From positions 1 to 64,000 of the IMG/VR virus record IMGVR_UViG_3300025581_000001: 64,000 bases of DNA. One strand, 5' to 3'. Each line of letters opens with the position of its first letter. The stretch's first letter is position 1. The translations under genes and the position numbers were made by a program. Origin of the DNA: a virus. The notes under the pieces are model-generated. The model worked only from the letters and a program-made list of their open reading frames with translations. It searched no databases and was not told the DNA's origin. Positions 54,991 to 64,000 of this stretch are shown piece after piece.

Positions 54991-57900
54991 ATGGCCGACA
55001 ACCCCGGACGTCTACTGCTGGTAAAAGCCAAGGTCGACCTGACTGCTTTCAAGGACAGCTTGAAGCAGATGCAGAATATGGTGAAGTCGGTCAACTTGGC
55101 GCTGGCTCCCAAGGCCGCTGCGACCGTCAGCACTGGCCTGAAGGAGACGCTGGACGCCGAGCGGCAGAAGCAGACTGCCAAGCAAGCCACCCTAAAGGTC
55201 GGTGACTCCAGCGTCGTGCAGGAGAAGTCGCTGCGTGCTGAACTGATGCGCACGATGGAGCTGCGGCGACAGGAGACGGTCGAGCTGCAGAAGCAGGTCA
55301 CTGCCCTGCGTGAGAAGGTAGCTGCCGAGAATGCTTTGCTACATGTCCAGCACGAGGGCGTCCGCCAGCAGACGCAGCGCACCATCCAGCAAGAACGGGC
55401 GCTACGGCAGCCCACGTCGTACCAAGGCGTCATACCTACGGTGGTGCGCTCTGCGCCCGCCGTAGCGCAAACCGTGGCCAGCGCTGGCGCTTCTACGGGG
55501 CAATCGGTGGAGACAGCGGCCTACCAAGCCAGTCTTATGCGCCAAATGCGGCTGGCGTCGGTGGGCAAGGCTCCGGGCGGGATGCCACCAGCCAGCGGGC
55601 TTACAGCTTCGCTTACCGGTGGTTTGATGGGAGGCTTGGGCGCTGGTATGCCTGCCTCCGAAGCGGCTCGACTGCAGGATCAGCGGGCACGTGATTTGCG
55701 CTTGCAGCAGACAGTGCAACGTGCTATTGCAGTACAGATTCCAACAGCAGTAACAAAGCCTAGTGAAGTTCGTACTCCGTCGCGGGTAATTACTCCGGTT
55801 GCAATCAAGCAGCCGATTGAGACCAAGCAGTCTGTCGAAGTGTTGCCTCGCTTGTCGATGGTAGAGACTGCGAATCTTGCCCGAGCGCAAGCAGCTAAAG
55901 ACAAAGCACTCCGTGAACTTCGTGAACGGACTGCTGCAGCTCATGTAGTAATACCTCCTCCCCCTCCAGCGTCGCTGGTTGAAAAAGATACGCTGACTGG
56001 ACGGTTCCGGGCTAAGTCACATCCTACTGAAGTGGTTGTTCCTCCAACTCCGATAGTTCCGATTAGGCAGCCGATTGTGGTACCTCCTCTTCCAGTAGCA
56101 GCAGCAAAGCCAAGTGAAGTTTTGATACCTCCGCCTGCGAGATTGGTTGAGAAAGACCCGCTGACTGGACGGTTTCGCGCTAAGGCTCCAGAAGTTATTG
56201 TTCCGCCACCCCCACCGGTGATTCCACCGGTTGTGTTCAGACAGCCAGTTAAGCCAGAGGTTGCCCCTGTCACGGTCAAGCAACCAACGGAAGTCCTACC
56301 GCAAATAACTACTGCACAGATTATGGCGCAGCAGCGTGCCCGCGAATTGCGGATGCAGACTGCGCCTATCTTGCAGGCTCCGATACCGCAAGGTGGCTGG
56401 GTCGAGAAAGACCCGGCGACCGGGCACTTCCGTGCCAAGCAGCAAACTCCAGTGGCACATCCTCCGTCGTCTCCTGAACAAGTTCGGGCGCAGCGGGCGC
56501 AAGAGTCTGCATTCACTCGCATGACGGTGCAAGACGCCGCCGCGCAGGTTAGGCTTACCCAAGTCACCGAGGGCCAGAAGAAAGCGTTGGTACTCGGCTC
56601 CTTAGATGTGCAGCGTGATGCGTTGCGTGCCCAGCTGCGGTCGCAGCAGATCAGCTTCGTCCAGTACATATCGCAAATGAAAGTCTTGGTGGCACAGGAG
56701 AAGGCTACCAAGCTTGCCGCTATCGCCGCCGAGGAGAAGGCGCTGCTGGCTCTGTTGCAGACTAAACTTAAGGTCAATGCTATCACTCCGCAGGCGTTTC
56801 AGACTCAGAGTTCAATTCTCAATGCGCAGATGGGGATGCAGCGCACGGCAGTAGAGAATGCCAGCAGCCGCCAGCTGCTCATGTTCAACAGGCAGCAGCC
56901 TCAACTACGTGGAGGAAAAGGAGAAGAGGGCAGCTTGCTGCGCGGTATGGGCATGGGCATTACCCGCAGCTTGGGTGGTGGACTTGTCGGCTCGATAGCG
57001 ACCGGTCTGATGTTTGGTGGTGGTACCTTGATGGTGTTCGATCAAGCAGCTCGCGGCATCGAGCACATGATGCACTCGATGAAGGAGTTCATCCTGGCGT
57101 CCGGCCCCATGCAGCAGGTGAATGCGCAGTTCCAGACGCTGGCCAAGGGAGCGGGCATTGATGCTCCAGCATTCATGGATAAGCTGCGCGCATCGACCCA
57201 CGGGCTTGTCGACCACATGGATTTGATGCGGGTCGCTACCGGAGCACTGCGCAGCAATCTGAAGCTTTCCGATACAGATATTCTGCGGCTGGTCAAGGAC
57301 ACGACTGAGTTGGCCCGCGTGCAGGGCAAGTCAGTGCCACAGGCCATGCATATGCTTGACACCGCTTTGCAGACTGGGCAGATGCGTGGCGTTGCAAGGT
57401 TTCTTGGTCTCAATCAGCGCGAGTTGATGATGAATGTTGCTCCACGTGGCGCAACGATACAGCAGCGTGAACAGCTGCAGATGACACAGGTGCGAGGAGC
57501 GATGGAGTCACGGCTGGCCAAGACTGGTATCGCACCTGAGACCATGACCGAGAGCTTCCAGAAGTTGAAGCAGGCACAATCTGAATTTTGGGAGGACTTC
57601 GGGCAAGGGATGGCGACGTCTACCGGAGCAAGGGCATTCATAGCGTCACTCAGCAAGATGGCTGACGGTATCGGTGGCCTGAGTGGTATGGCGAAGAAGT
57701 TGGGGGAAACGCTGGGAGAAGCGTTCGCATTTGTAGGACGCGTACTACTCAGTGTTATAGAGGACTTCGGAAGTCTTGCAAAAATCATAGGTTTAGTGGT
57801 TAGTCAGGGAGTTGCCGGAATCACATCTCTTGGCGGAGCAGTTGGAGGATTGCAGGGGCAACTGACTGGCATGAAGTCTGTGTTCAGCTTCATGTTCGAA

Positions 57901-60900
57901 GTTTTTAACCAGATGGAGCTGGGGGCGAAGAAGTTGGGCTCTGTGTTCGTACTGCTTGCCGAAGTACGTAACCCTTGGATTAAATTTGGGGATGCGGTCG
58001 ACCACTACAACGCGTCGGTCGGCAAAGCCGATGAGCACGCGACCAGTCAGACGTTTGAGATGAACAAGGCGTTGGTCGGGCCTCCGACTATTCCACTAGA
58101 GAAAGCAAAAGCTGACCTTACAGCTTATCGGAAATTGCTGGAGACTGCTAATAAGGAAATTGCTGCTACAGGAGGTGTACCGAAGACAGGCCCCATCTCT
58201 ACTGAGATGGCATCGCGGATTCAGAAGCGTGATGAGTATCAGAGGGGCATTACAACCATTCTCTTATCACGTCCAGAATTAACCTCTGCAGACACAAGTG
58301 GAGTGACAACTGGTGGAATTGACCCCGCTACTCGCGCGCAGAATATGCGCGATGCGCAAGCTGCGCTGAAGATTACCGAGCTGGTCGAGGACGAGAAGCT
58401 GAGTGTCGTCAAGCGGGGGCTCGAAGCGCAGCGCGACGCGCAGCAGCAGATGTTAAAGAGTGGTGAGACCGACCTCTTCAGCTACGTCCAGAAAATGAAG
58501 GGATACGTCGAGGCCGAGAAGAACGCGGAGCTTAGTCGTATCGATGCTGTAGAAAAAGCCAACAAAGAGATGCGGCAGGCTGAACTGGCTACGGGGGGTA
58601 TCACTCAGAAAGACTACTTGAATGCAACCGCTGTCGCTGCCAAGGAAGCGGCCAAGCAGAAGTCGGGGGTGGAAGAGGAAGCCGCCAAGAAGACGATGGC
58701 GCTTACTGACCAAGTCAACCAAGATAAGGTTGCTGCGGTAGCGGTTGCTGAGAATCGAGAAATTCAGATTCGCAAGGATGCTCTTGCTCTACAGCAGGAG
58801 ATGATAAAAGACGCCTACGACAAGCAACTGCTGAGTGTCAATACCTACCTTGCCAGTGAACGTGCTGCGATAGAGGAAACCTACAAGATCGAGGAAGATG
58901 CTGCTAGTGAAAAGTACTACCGTACCGAGCAAGGCCAGAAAGACTTGGAGCAGCTGGCTGCTGATTATACTGCTGCGCAGGCTAAGCGCGAGAAAAGTGT
59001 TACTACTCAAGCCAATAGCGAAGTACAGAAACGTGTTGCACGTGCTCAGCAAGACTATGAGACCGTAGCTGGTTTTCTCCAAGCACGTCAGCAGTTGCAG
59101 GTAGCGCAACGTGGTGGGCAGGAGCTGCCGGTAGCGCAGCAGCGCGATGACTTGGCTACGCAGATTGCGGCCCTCAGCAAGGCCATTGCTACTATGGCGG
59201 CTGACATTGCGACTGCTCCGGCGGGACAACGAATGCAGTTGGCTCCGCAGTTGATGGCGAAGCAGCAGGAGCTTATCCCGCTGCAGGTAAAGCAGGCGCA
59301 GCTGAATGAAGGGCCGATTCCTCTTTCCTCGGTGGGTGATTTGGCGTCCGCGCTTGGGCAACTTCCACAAGGCACGACTCGTGCTTTCAAGGGCGTGGGT
59401 GCGATACCGGAACTCATGCAGTGGATGACCAAACAGCAGCAGGCACAGAAGGAAGGTGCTGTGCCAGGGATTATTTCTGGGCCAATGCAGAATCTTGGAC
59501 TGCTGTTCCACGACTTGTTTACCAATGCTCATGGCCTGCCTGACGCCTTCAGGAACCTAGAGCAGTCATTGCTCCCTGCTATTCAGGCCATTGCCAGCTT
59601 TGCTTCTGCCGTACAGCAAGGGCCAGTGGCGGGGGCCATCGCGGGTGCGGGCATGGGCAAGATGCTGTTCAGCGGTGGAGGAATGTTCAGTGGGATTGGT
59701 TCTTTATTGAGTGGGTTGCATGGTAAAAAACAGAGTGATGGGTCTGTACCTGGCCCAGGACAACCTGTTGAGTTTGTAGATAAAGGCGCTCCAACTGGAA
59801 CTTCTGGAGTAGAAGGAGTGCCACCGGGAATGGGTTCTTCTGGGGTTACTTCCGAAGCGACTTCGGGTGCCTCCAGCGCTGTAGGTGGTGCTGTTAGTAG
59901 TATGGTTACAAAATTGGCCAGTAGCGTAGGTAGTTCGTTGCAAGGTCTCGGCGCGATGGCTGGGCCTATTGGTGCGGTTGCCGGTGCCGCTTTTGGTGCC
60001 ATCCTTTCCAGCATTGTTGAGAAGAAGCAGCGGGCAACAGAGAAGTACCTGCTGCAGATGCAGCTGGATTTCCAACGGATAACCTTGTCGCTGCAGACCG
60101 GCCAGATAGGCATGAACGAGGCTATCACCGAGGCCATTGCGCTGCGCAACGACGTGCAGGCGCAGATGAACAACTCCAGCAAGAAGAAGCGCAGCGCCTA
60201 CATGCAGGAGTTGCAGGGGTTCAACCAACAAATCCAGCAGCTGCAGGCACAGCAGGTGCAGCAGGTGCAGCAGATGTACGAGCAGGTGAATACCGTTGGG
60301 GCATCGCCGCTGAACGCATTCACTCAGCAGCTGCAGCAGATCATCCAGCAGTATGCGCAGTTCGCCGGGGCGGCGCGGAACACGCAGGACTTGGCATCAG
60401 CGACCGAGTGGCTGACCAAGTCATTGCAAGGCTATGCGCAGACTCAGTTGACCGCAATGAACCAGGCTGAGACCGGAGCCATTCAAGATGCTATCCAGCT
60501 GAATGACTTGTACACCCAGCGCAACCAGCTGCTGCAGCAGGAAGCCAACACTGAGTACAACATCATGACTCAAGGCATCCTGACCCGGCAGCAGACCACG
60601 GCGCAGAGCAAGATGGAGCAGATTGCCCTGATGAAGCAGCAGGACGCTATCCAGCTGCAGAACCTGAACGAGCAGATCGGTGCCGCGCAATTCCGGGTGG
60701 ATGCAGAGAAGAAAATTTTCAATCTAGCGACCACGCGAGTTGGACTGGAGATGCAGCTGTTGGCCATGCAGAATCAGTCGACCACCTTGCAGATGGCACA
60801 GGTTGCCGCTCTGCAGCAGGTGGTGATGGCGATGCAGAGTGGGAACTTCCAGAACATCCTGACCGGCGGACTGAACGTTAATCAGAACGCTCCGGGATAC

Positions 60901-61032
60901 CAGGCTTTCTGGAACCTGCTCAAGGCGCTAGGCATGCAGCCTTCCGACTTGATGAACCAGTTCCTCAAGCAGTTCAACGACATGAGTGGTTATGGCTTTG
61001 GTGGATTCTCTATCGTATCAGGTGGCGGATAA
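54991..61032 (+). CDS. Tape measure protein (about 2010 aa)
   Basis: Length, Ala/Gln-rich helical composition, Gly-rich hydrophobic segments, synteny. Confidence 0.9.
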   Translation: MADNPGRLLLVKAKVDLTAFKDSLKQMQNMVKSVNLALAPKAAATVSTGLKETLDAERQKQTAKQATLKVGDSSVVQEKSLRAELMRTMELRRQETVELQKQVTALREKVAAENALLHVQHEGVRQQTQRTIQQERALRQPTSYQGVIPTVVRSAPAVAQTVASAGASTGQSVETAAYQASLMRQMRLASVGKAPGGMPPASGLTASLTGGLMGGLGAGMPASEAARLQDQRARDLRLQQTVQRAIAVQIPTAVTKPSEVRTPSRVITPVAIKQPIETKQSVEVLPRLSMVETANLARAQAAKDKALRELRERTAAAHVVIPPPPPASLVEKDTLTGRFRAKSHPTEVVVPPTPIVPIRQPIVVPPLPVAAAKPSEVLIPPPARLVEKDPLTGRFRAKAPEVIVPPPPPVIPPVVFRQPVKPEVAPVTVKQPTEVLPQITTAQIMAQQRARELRMQTAPILQAPIPQGGWVEKDPATGHFRAKQQTPVAHPPSSPEQVRAQRAQESAFTRMTVQDAAAQVRLTQVTEGQKKALVLGSLDVQRDALRAQLRSQQISFVQYISQMKVLVAQEKATKLAAIAAEEKALLALLQTKLKVNAITPQAFQTQSSILNAQMGMQRTAVENASSRQLLMFNRQQPQLRGGKGEEGSLLRGMGMGITRSLGGGLVGSIATGLMFGGGTLMVFDQAARGIEHMMHSMKEFILASGPMQQVNAQFQTLAKGAGIDAPAFMDKLRASTHGLVDHMDLMRVATGALRSNLKLSDTDILRLVKDTTELARVQGKSVPQAMHMLDTALQTGQMRGVARFLGLNQRELMMNVAPRGATIQQREQLQMTQVRGAMESRLAKTGIAPETMTESFQKLKQAQSEFWEDFGQGMATSTGARAFIASLSKMADGIGGLSGMAKKLGETLGEAFAFVGRVLLSVIEDFGSLAKIIGLVVSQGVAGITSLGGAVGGLQGQLTGMKSVFSFMFEVFNQMELGAKKLGSVFVLLAEVRNPWIKFGDAVDHYNASVGKADEHATSQTFEMNKALVGPPTIPLEKAKADLTAYRKLLETANKEIAATGGVPKTGPISTEMASRIQKRDEYQRGITTILLSRPELTSADTSGVTTGGIDPATRAQNMRDAQAALKITELVEDEKLSVVKRGLEAQRDAQQQMLKSGETDLFSYVQKMKGYVEAEKNAELSRIDAVEKANKEMRQAELATGGITQKDYLNATAVAAKEAAKQKSGVEEEAAKKTMALTDQVNQDKVAAVAVAENREIQIRKDALALQQEMIKDAYDKQLLSVNTYLASERAAIEETYKIEEDAASEKYYRTEQGQKDLEQLAADYTAAQAKREKSVTTQANSEVQKRVARAQQDYETVAGFLQARQQLQVAQRGGQELPVAQQRDDLATQIAALSKAIATMAADIATAPAGQRMQLAPQLMAKQQELIPLQVKQAQLNEGPIPLSSVGDLASALGQLPQGTTRAFKGVGAIPELMQWMTKQQQAQKEGAVPGIISGPMQNLGLLFHDLFTNAHGLPDAFRNLEQSLLPAIQAIASFASAVQQGPVAGAIAGAGMGKMLFSGGGMFSGIGSLLSGLHGKKQSDGSVPGPGQPVEFVDKGAPTGTSGVEGVPPGMGSSGVTSEATSGASSAVGGAVSSMVTKLASSVGSSLQGLGAMAGPIGAVAGAAFGAILSSIVEKKQRATEKYLLQMQLDFQRITLSLQTGQIGMNEAITEAIALRNDVQAQMNNSSKKKRSAYMQELQGFNQQIQQLQAQQVQQVQQMYEQVNTVGASPLNAFTQQLQQIIQQYAQFAGAARNTQDLASATEWLTKSLQGYAQTQLTAMNQAETGAIQDAIQLNDLYTQRNQLLQQEANTEYNIMTQGILTRQQTTAQSKMEQIALMKQQDAIQLQNLNEQIGAAQFRVDAEKKIFNLATTRVGLEMQLLAMQNQSTTLQMAQVAALQQVVMAMQSGNFQNILTGGLNVNQNAPGYQAFWNLLKALGMQPSDLMNQFLKQFNDMSGYGFGGFSIVSGGG

Positions 61033-64000
61033 TGTTCAGAATCTTAATCGACAACCAAGACGGTAGCCCAGCAGTGGACTACGCACGCTATGTAGCCCCC
61101 AGCTCTATCGTGGTGCAGGACAAGCTTAACCAGCCCAGTACTATCCAGATGGTCTTACGTAACATCGACGATGCCTTTGTGACGCCGGTGCGTGAAGCCT
61201 ACGTGCGTATCTATTCGACCCGCTTTGGAAGGGTGCTGGCCACCGGCTTCGTTGCCCAGATACCGACGCAGACTTTCACCGGGCTGAACCACAATACTCC
61301 ATCGACTGCATGGCAGAGCTTCGATTATGCAATCACTGTGCAGTCCGACGACTACCTGTTGAACGCTAAGGCTAGTGAGTTCTTTCCGGCAGAGGTCGGA
61401 CTGGGTGATGGCCAGATCATGGCAGTGCTGGCTAATCGGCTGGCCCCTGGATTCTTCGACTGCACCTCTGATTCGGTGACCGGCGACTTGATACCATACT
61501 TCGCATACGACCCCAGCAAGAACTGGGGGCAGTACGCCAAGCAGTTCGCCGACGCTGCTCGTTATCGCGTGGGCATCCGCAATAAGCGCATGTTCTTCGC
61601 ACCCTACGGTGACCAGCCGCTGGGCATCGCCTACGACGAGAGTCGACCACAGAAGACATTTAAGACTAGTGGGTTGAACACCGCGCTGATGAATACTCAG
61701 TTGGCCAACGATTGCATCGTGATTGGTGCGGAGGAGCCAGGCAACAATCACGACGACTACTTCTGTGGTGATGGTTTCACTGGCAACTTCGGGCTGCGCC
61801 ACTTACTGTTTGAGGGCACATCGACCGACTTGATTAATGAGCCGTGGACGGGAAGTGCTATCGACTCTAAGCTGTGGGCGGTGGTCGACCCTACCGACGC
61901 GTTCTTCATGGCAGGCACGCTGAACGTGGTCGGCGGGCCGGGGCAGTATGTCAGTGGCAGCGACGTGTGGGGCTCGTCCTACATCTTGTCCAACAGCGCC
62001 ATTGAGCTGGGAGGCAAGCTGGTCATCGAGCACGGAGAAGTTGTTCCTATCGACTCGACGCGGGCGTTGATCGGTGGTCTGTATGAGAAGACCAGCTCGC
62101 GGATGCCAACGGTTAACCTGTTGAATTTTGGGGACAATTTTACCGAAGCGAGCTGGAGTGTTTCTGGTGGCAGCGTTAGTGGAAGCAACATCGTGACGTT
62201 TGATCATGCTAGCAGCGTTGTGGAGCAGGTTGTCGGCCCACTTGCGACCTACGCTGAAACTTTCACCATTTCCTTCTCAGCATCATCGCTGTCGCCACCT
62301 ACACCTGAGTTACAGGTTAGTGTTGTGGACATAGAGACCGGTGCTGAGGTTATTAACAGCGTTGCGGTATTACACAGTGATGTGTCGTTCTTTAGCTTTA
62401 GTGGCCAGTTTCCTTTTGGACTTGGGTCTGCTGTTCCTATACCCGGAGATCATCTGAGGGTTAGATTTTCTAATCGTGGTTCGAGTTCGATCACCGTCGA
62501 TATTCAAAACACGCAGTTGGAATACGGTGGCGAGTCGACTCCATATGTTGACACTCAAGATGAAGCGAATTGGGCAATGACCGATGTTTTCCTCCCTTAC
62601 GAGGGTTGCATTGCGGGGTTCGACTTGCGGGACGGCCCGTCGGGAGTAATTCCGTCGGTGTCCGGTGCAGAAGGCGTGGCCATTCAGCCGGTGTTCAATG
62701 GGGCGCTGGTCGCCGGAGTGCCTGTTCTGGCGATGGATGTTTCACAGGTGCAGGTGTTTAGTGGGACAAACTCGCAAGTCGAGGTGACGCTGGGAGCTAA
62801 CTGCCCGTTCATCGTTGGTCAATGGATTACTTTCGAGGAGCTTGAAGGCTACACCCGATTGAACGGCAGAAGTTACCAGCTGACCTCAACTGACGGCCCT
62901 ACTGGGCCTCACTTTTGGTTCTATTTGGGGTACTCCGCCCCAGCATATGGCCCTACTGTCGATACCGGAAGCGTTAGCGCGTTGGGCGCAAATTTCCCGC
63001 TGCTGACCAAGATCAATCATAACTATACGTTGCGCACGATAGTTAGCTGCTACAACCAGAGCCGTTATGACACCGTCTATCGGACTCTGGCCGGGACTCC
63101 ATATGGTGGCAACAACACGGTGGCGCTGGCCGATATCACCTGGGTGATCGACGACCTCGACCTGACTTACCCGTGGGCTAATCCGGTGGAGTACCGGCTC
63201 ACTATCAAAAAGGTGCCGGTGCCGTCGTTCGTGCGCTACGCACCAATCAACAACTACGACGGCAACATGACTCTCAGCTATACCTCGGCGTATTTCCCGC
63301 CGCAAGGATCAGCGCAGGTGCAGTCGTTCTACAAATTTGTGAATGCAGCATCGCAGGCTCCATTGGCCGGATTCCCGTGGCCACCGTCTTACGACATGGT
63401 CGCGTCGCTGCCGCTGCTCGACTACGAGATGGGTTTCGGAATCTATGGAGCGAAGGCGTCGATTCAGAGCGCACAACAGGGAGCCGATAGCAGTCAGCTG
63501 GCGTTTTACTCCAACAACCTGCCTTCGCTGGGATCACGCATCCGCTTCCAGTCATGGGAGGCGCAGGCGGCTGTAGCTCGTGTGCAGAGTATTGCGTCGA
63601 TCACTGCGCAGGCGGCGATTGTGGGCGATGATGGTGACCGCATGACAGTGTTCACTGACTTCAATCCCCCGCCACGCACCAGCGAGGAGTGTGAGCTGGC
63701 AGGGGCGCAGGCCATCGCCGACCGAGTAGACCCGACCTACCAAGGGTCATACACGCTGGAGCATACTTTCTTCGACTTCCTTAACTACGATTATCCGCGC
63801 TCCGGTAGGCTGCTGAACATCAACGCGCCGGAGCGCGACATTGTTTATCGCGACTTTATCGTGAATGAAGTGCAGTTCACCATCACCGAGTTGTTCGAGG
63901 AGCAGATGATGGTGCAGCTAACCTTCTCGCCGTCGAAGTACCTGCCGACCTTGCTGCAGCAGTTCTTGCCTACTCCGGTCGGTGTGCTGACCGCGACCGA
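61032..64000 (+). CDS. Large tail/baseplate protein (3' truncated by window edge)
   Basis: TAATG coupling with the tape measure stop; MFRILIDNQDG...; first 65 codons open, and absence from the ORF track implies no stop before the window end. Confidence 0.75.
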   Translation, partial: MFRILIDNQDGSPAVDYARYVAPSSIVVQDKLNQPSTIQMVLRNIDDAFVTPVREAYVRIYSTRFGRVLATGFVAQIPTQTFTGLNHNTPSTAWQSFDYAITVQSDDYLLNAKASEFFPAEVGLGDGQIMAVLANRLAPGFFDCTSDSVTGDLIPYFAYDPSKNWGQYAKQFADAARYRVGIRNKRMFFAPYGDQPLGIAYDESRPQKTFKTSGLNTALMNTQLANDCIVIGAEEPGNNHDDYFCGDGFTGNFGLRHLLFEGTSTDLINEPWTGSAIDSKLWAVVDPTDAFFMAGTLNVVGGPGQYVSGSDVWGSSYILSNSAIELGGKLVIEHGEVVPIDSTRALIGGLYEKTSSRMPTVNLLNFGDNFTEASWSVSGGSVSGSNIVTFDHASSVVEQVVGPLATYAETFTISFSASSLSPPTPELQVSVVDIETGAEVINSVAVLHSDVSFFSFSGQFPFGLGSAVPIPGDHLRVRFSNRGSSSITVDIQNTQLEYGGESTPYVDTQDEANWAMTDVFLPYEGCIAGFDLRDGPSGVIPSVSGAEGVAIQPVFNGALVAGVPVLAMDVSQVQVFSGTNSQVEVTLGANCPFIVGQWITFEELEGYTRLNGRSYQLTSTDGPTGPHFWFYLGYSAPAYGPTVDTGSVSALGANFPLLTKINHNYTLRTIVSCYNQSRYDTVYRTLAGTPYGGNNTVALADITWVIDDLDLTYPWANPVEYRLTIKKVPVPSFVRYAPINNYDGNMTLSYTSAYFPPQGSAQVQSFYKFVNAASQAPLAGFPWPPSYDMVASLPLLDYEMGFGIYGAKASIQSAQQGADSSQLAFYSNNLPSLGSRIRFQSWEAQAAVARVQSIASITAQAAIVGDDGDRMTVFTDFNPPPRTSEECELAGAQAIADRVDPTYQGSYTLEHTFFDFLNYDYPRSGRLLNINAPERDIVYRDFIVNEVQFTITELFEEQMMVQLTFSPSKYLPTLLQQFLPTPVGVLTAT

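Noticed and set aside
1-64000. tRNA, rRNA, integrase or att site
   Set aside because: None recognised by eye; lifestyle and host cannot be determined from this window

Overview
This is a 64-kb segment of a large tailed phage (or prophage) genome, siphovirus-like, with essentially all convincing genes on the + strand. Bases 1-27.9 kb hold head-associated and accessory genes: about 7 glycosyltransferase-like genes, a sugar C-methyltransferase, a MuF/gp7 head protein, 'polyvalent'-type cargo proteins, dCTP deaminase, EndoVII, a GroES-like protein and an intein-containing terminase. Bases 27.9-44.3 kb hold two early-type cassettes, each headed by a near-identical sigma70-like promoter; they include an AAA+/DUF1257/DUF2997 module and one further GT9-like gene. 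Bases 44.4-64 kb hold portal, protease/scaffold, capsid, neck, tail tube, a frameshifted chaperone, tape measure and a truncated tail protein. The top signal is a nuclease-less Nop/IS110-like protein (42092-43084) followed at once by about 31 units of a 36-bp dual-repeat/dual-spacer array (43079-44250), i.e. a TIGR-Tas-like RNA-guided locus. The second is a ~19-aa peptide tag (hydrophobic-x-A-[YFH]GTSEGVKKAWDTRGRGR) found 8 times in 6 genes, each time ahead of a different domain, suggesting a modular virion-cargo targeting/processing system. Also notable are an AAA+ ATPase with Walker B before Walker A and two candidate structured RNAs flanking an Ig-like gene. All family assignments come from motif recognition by eye; no database searches were run.
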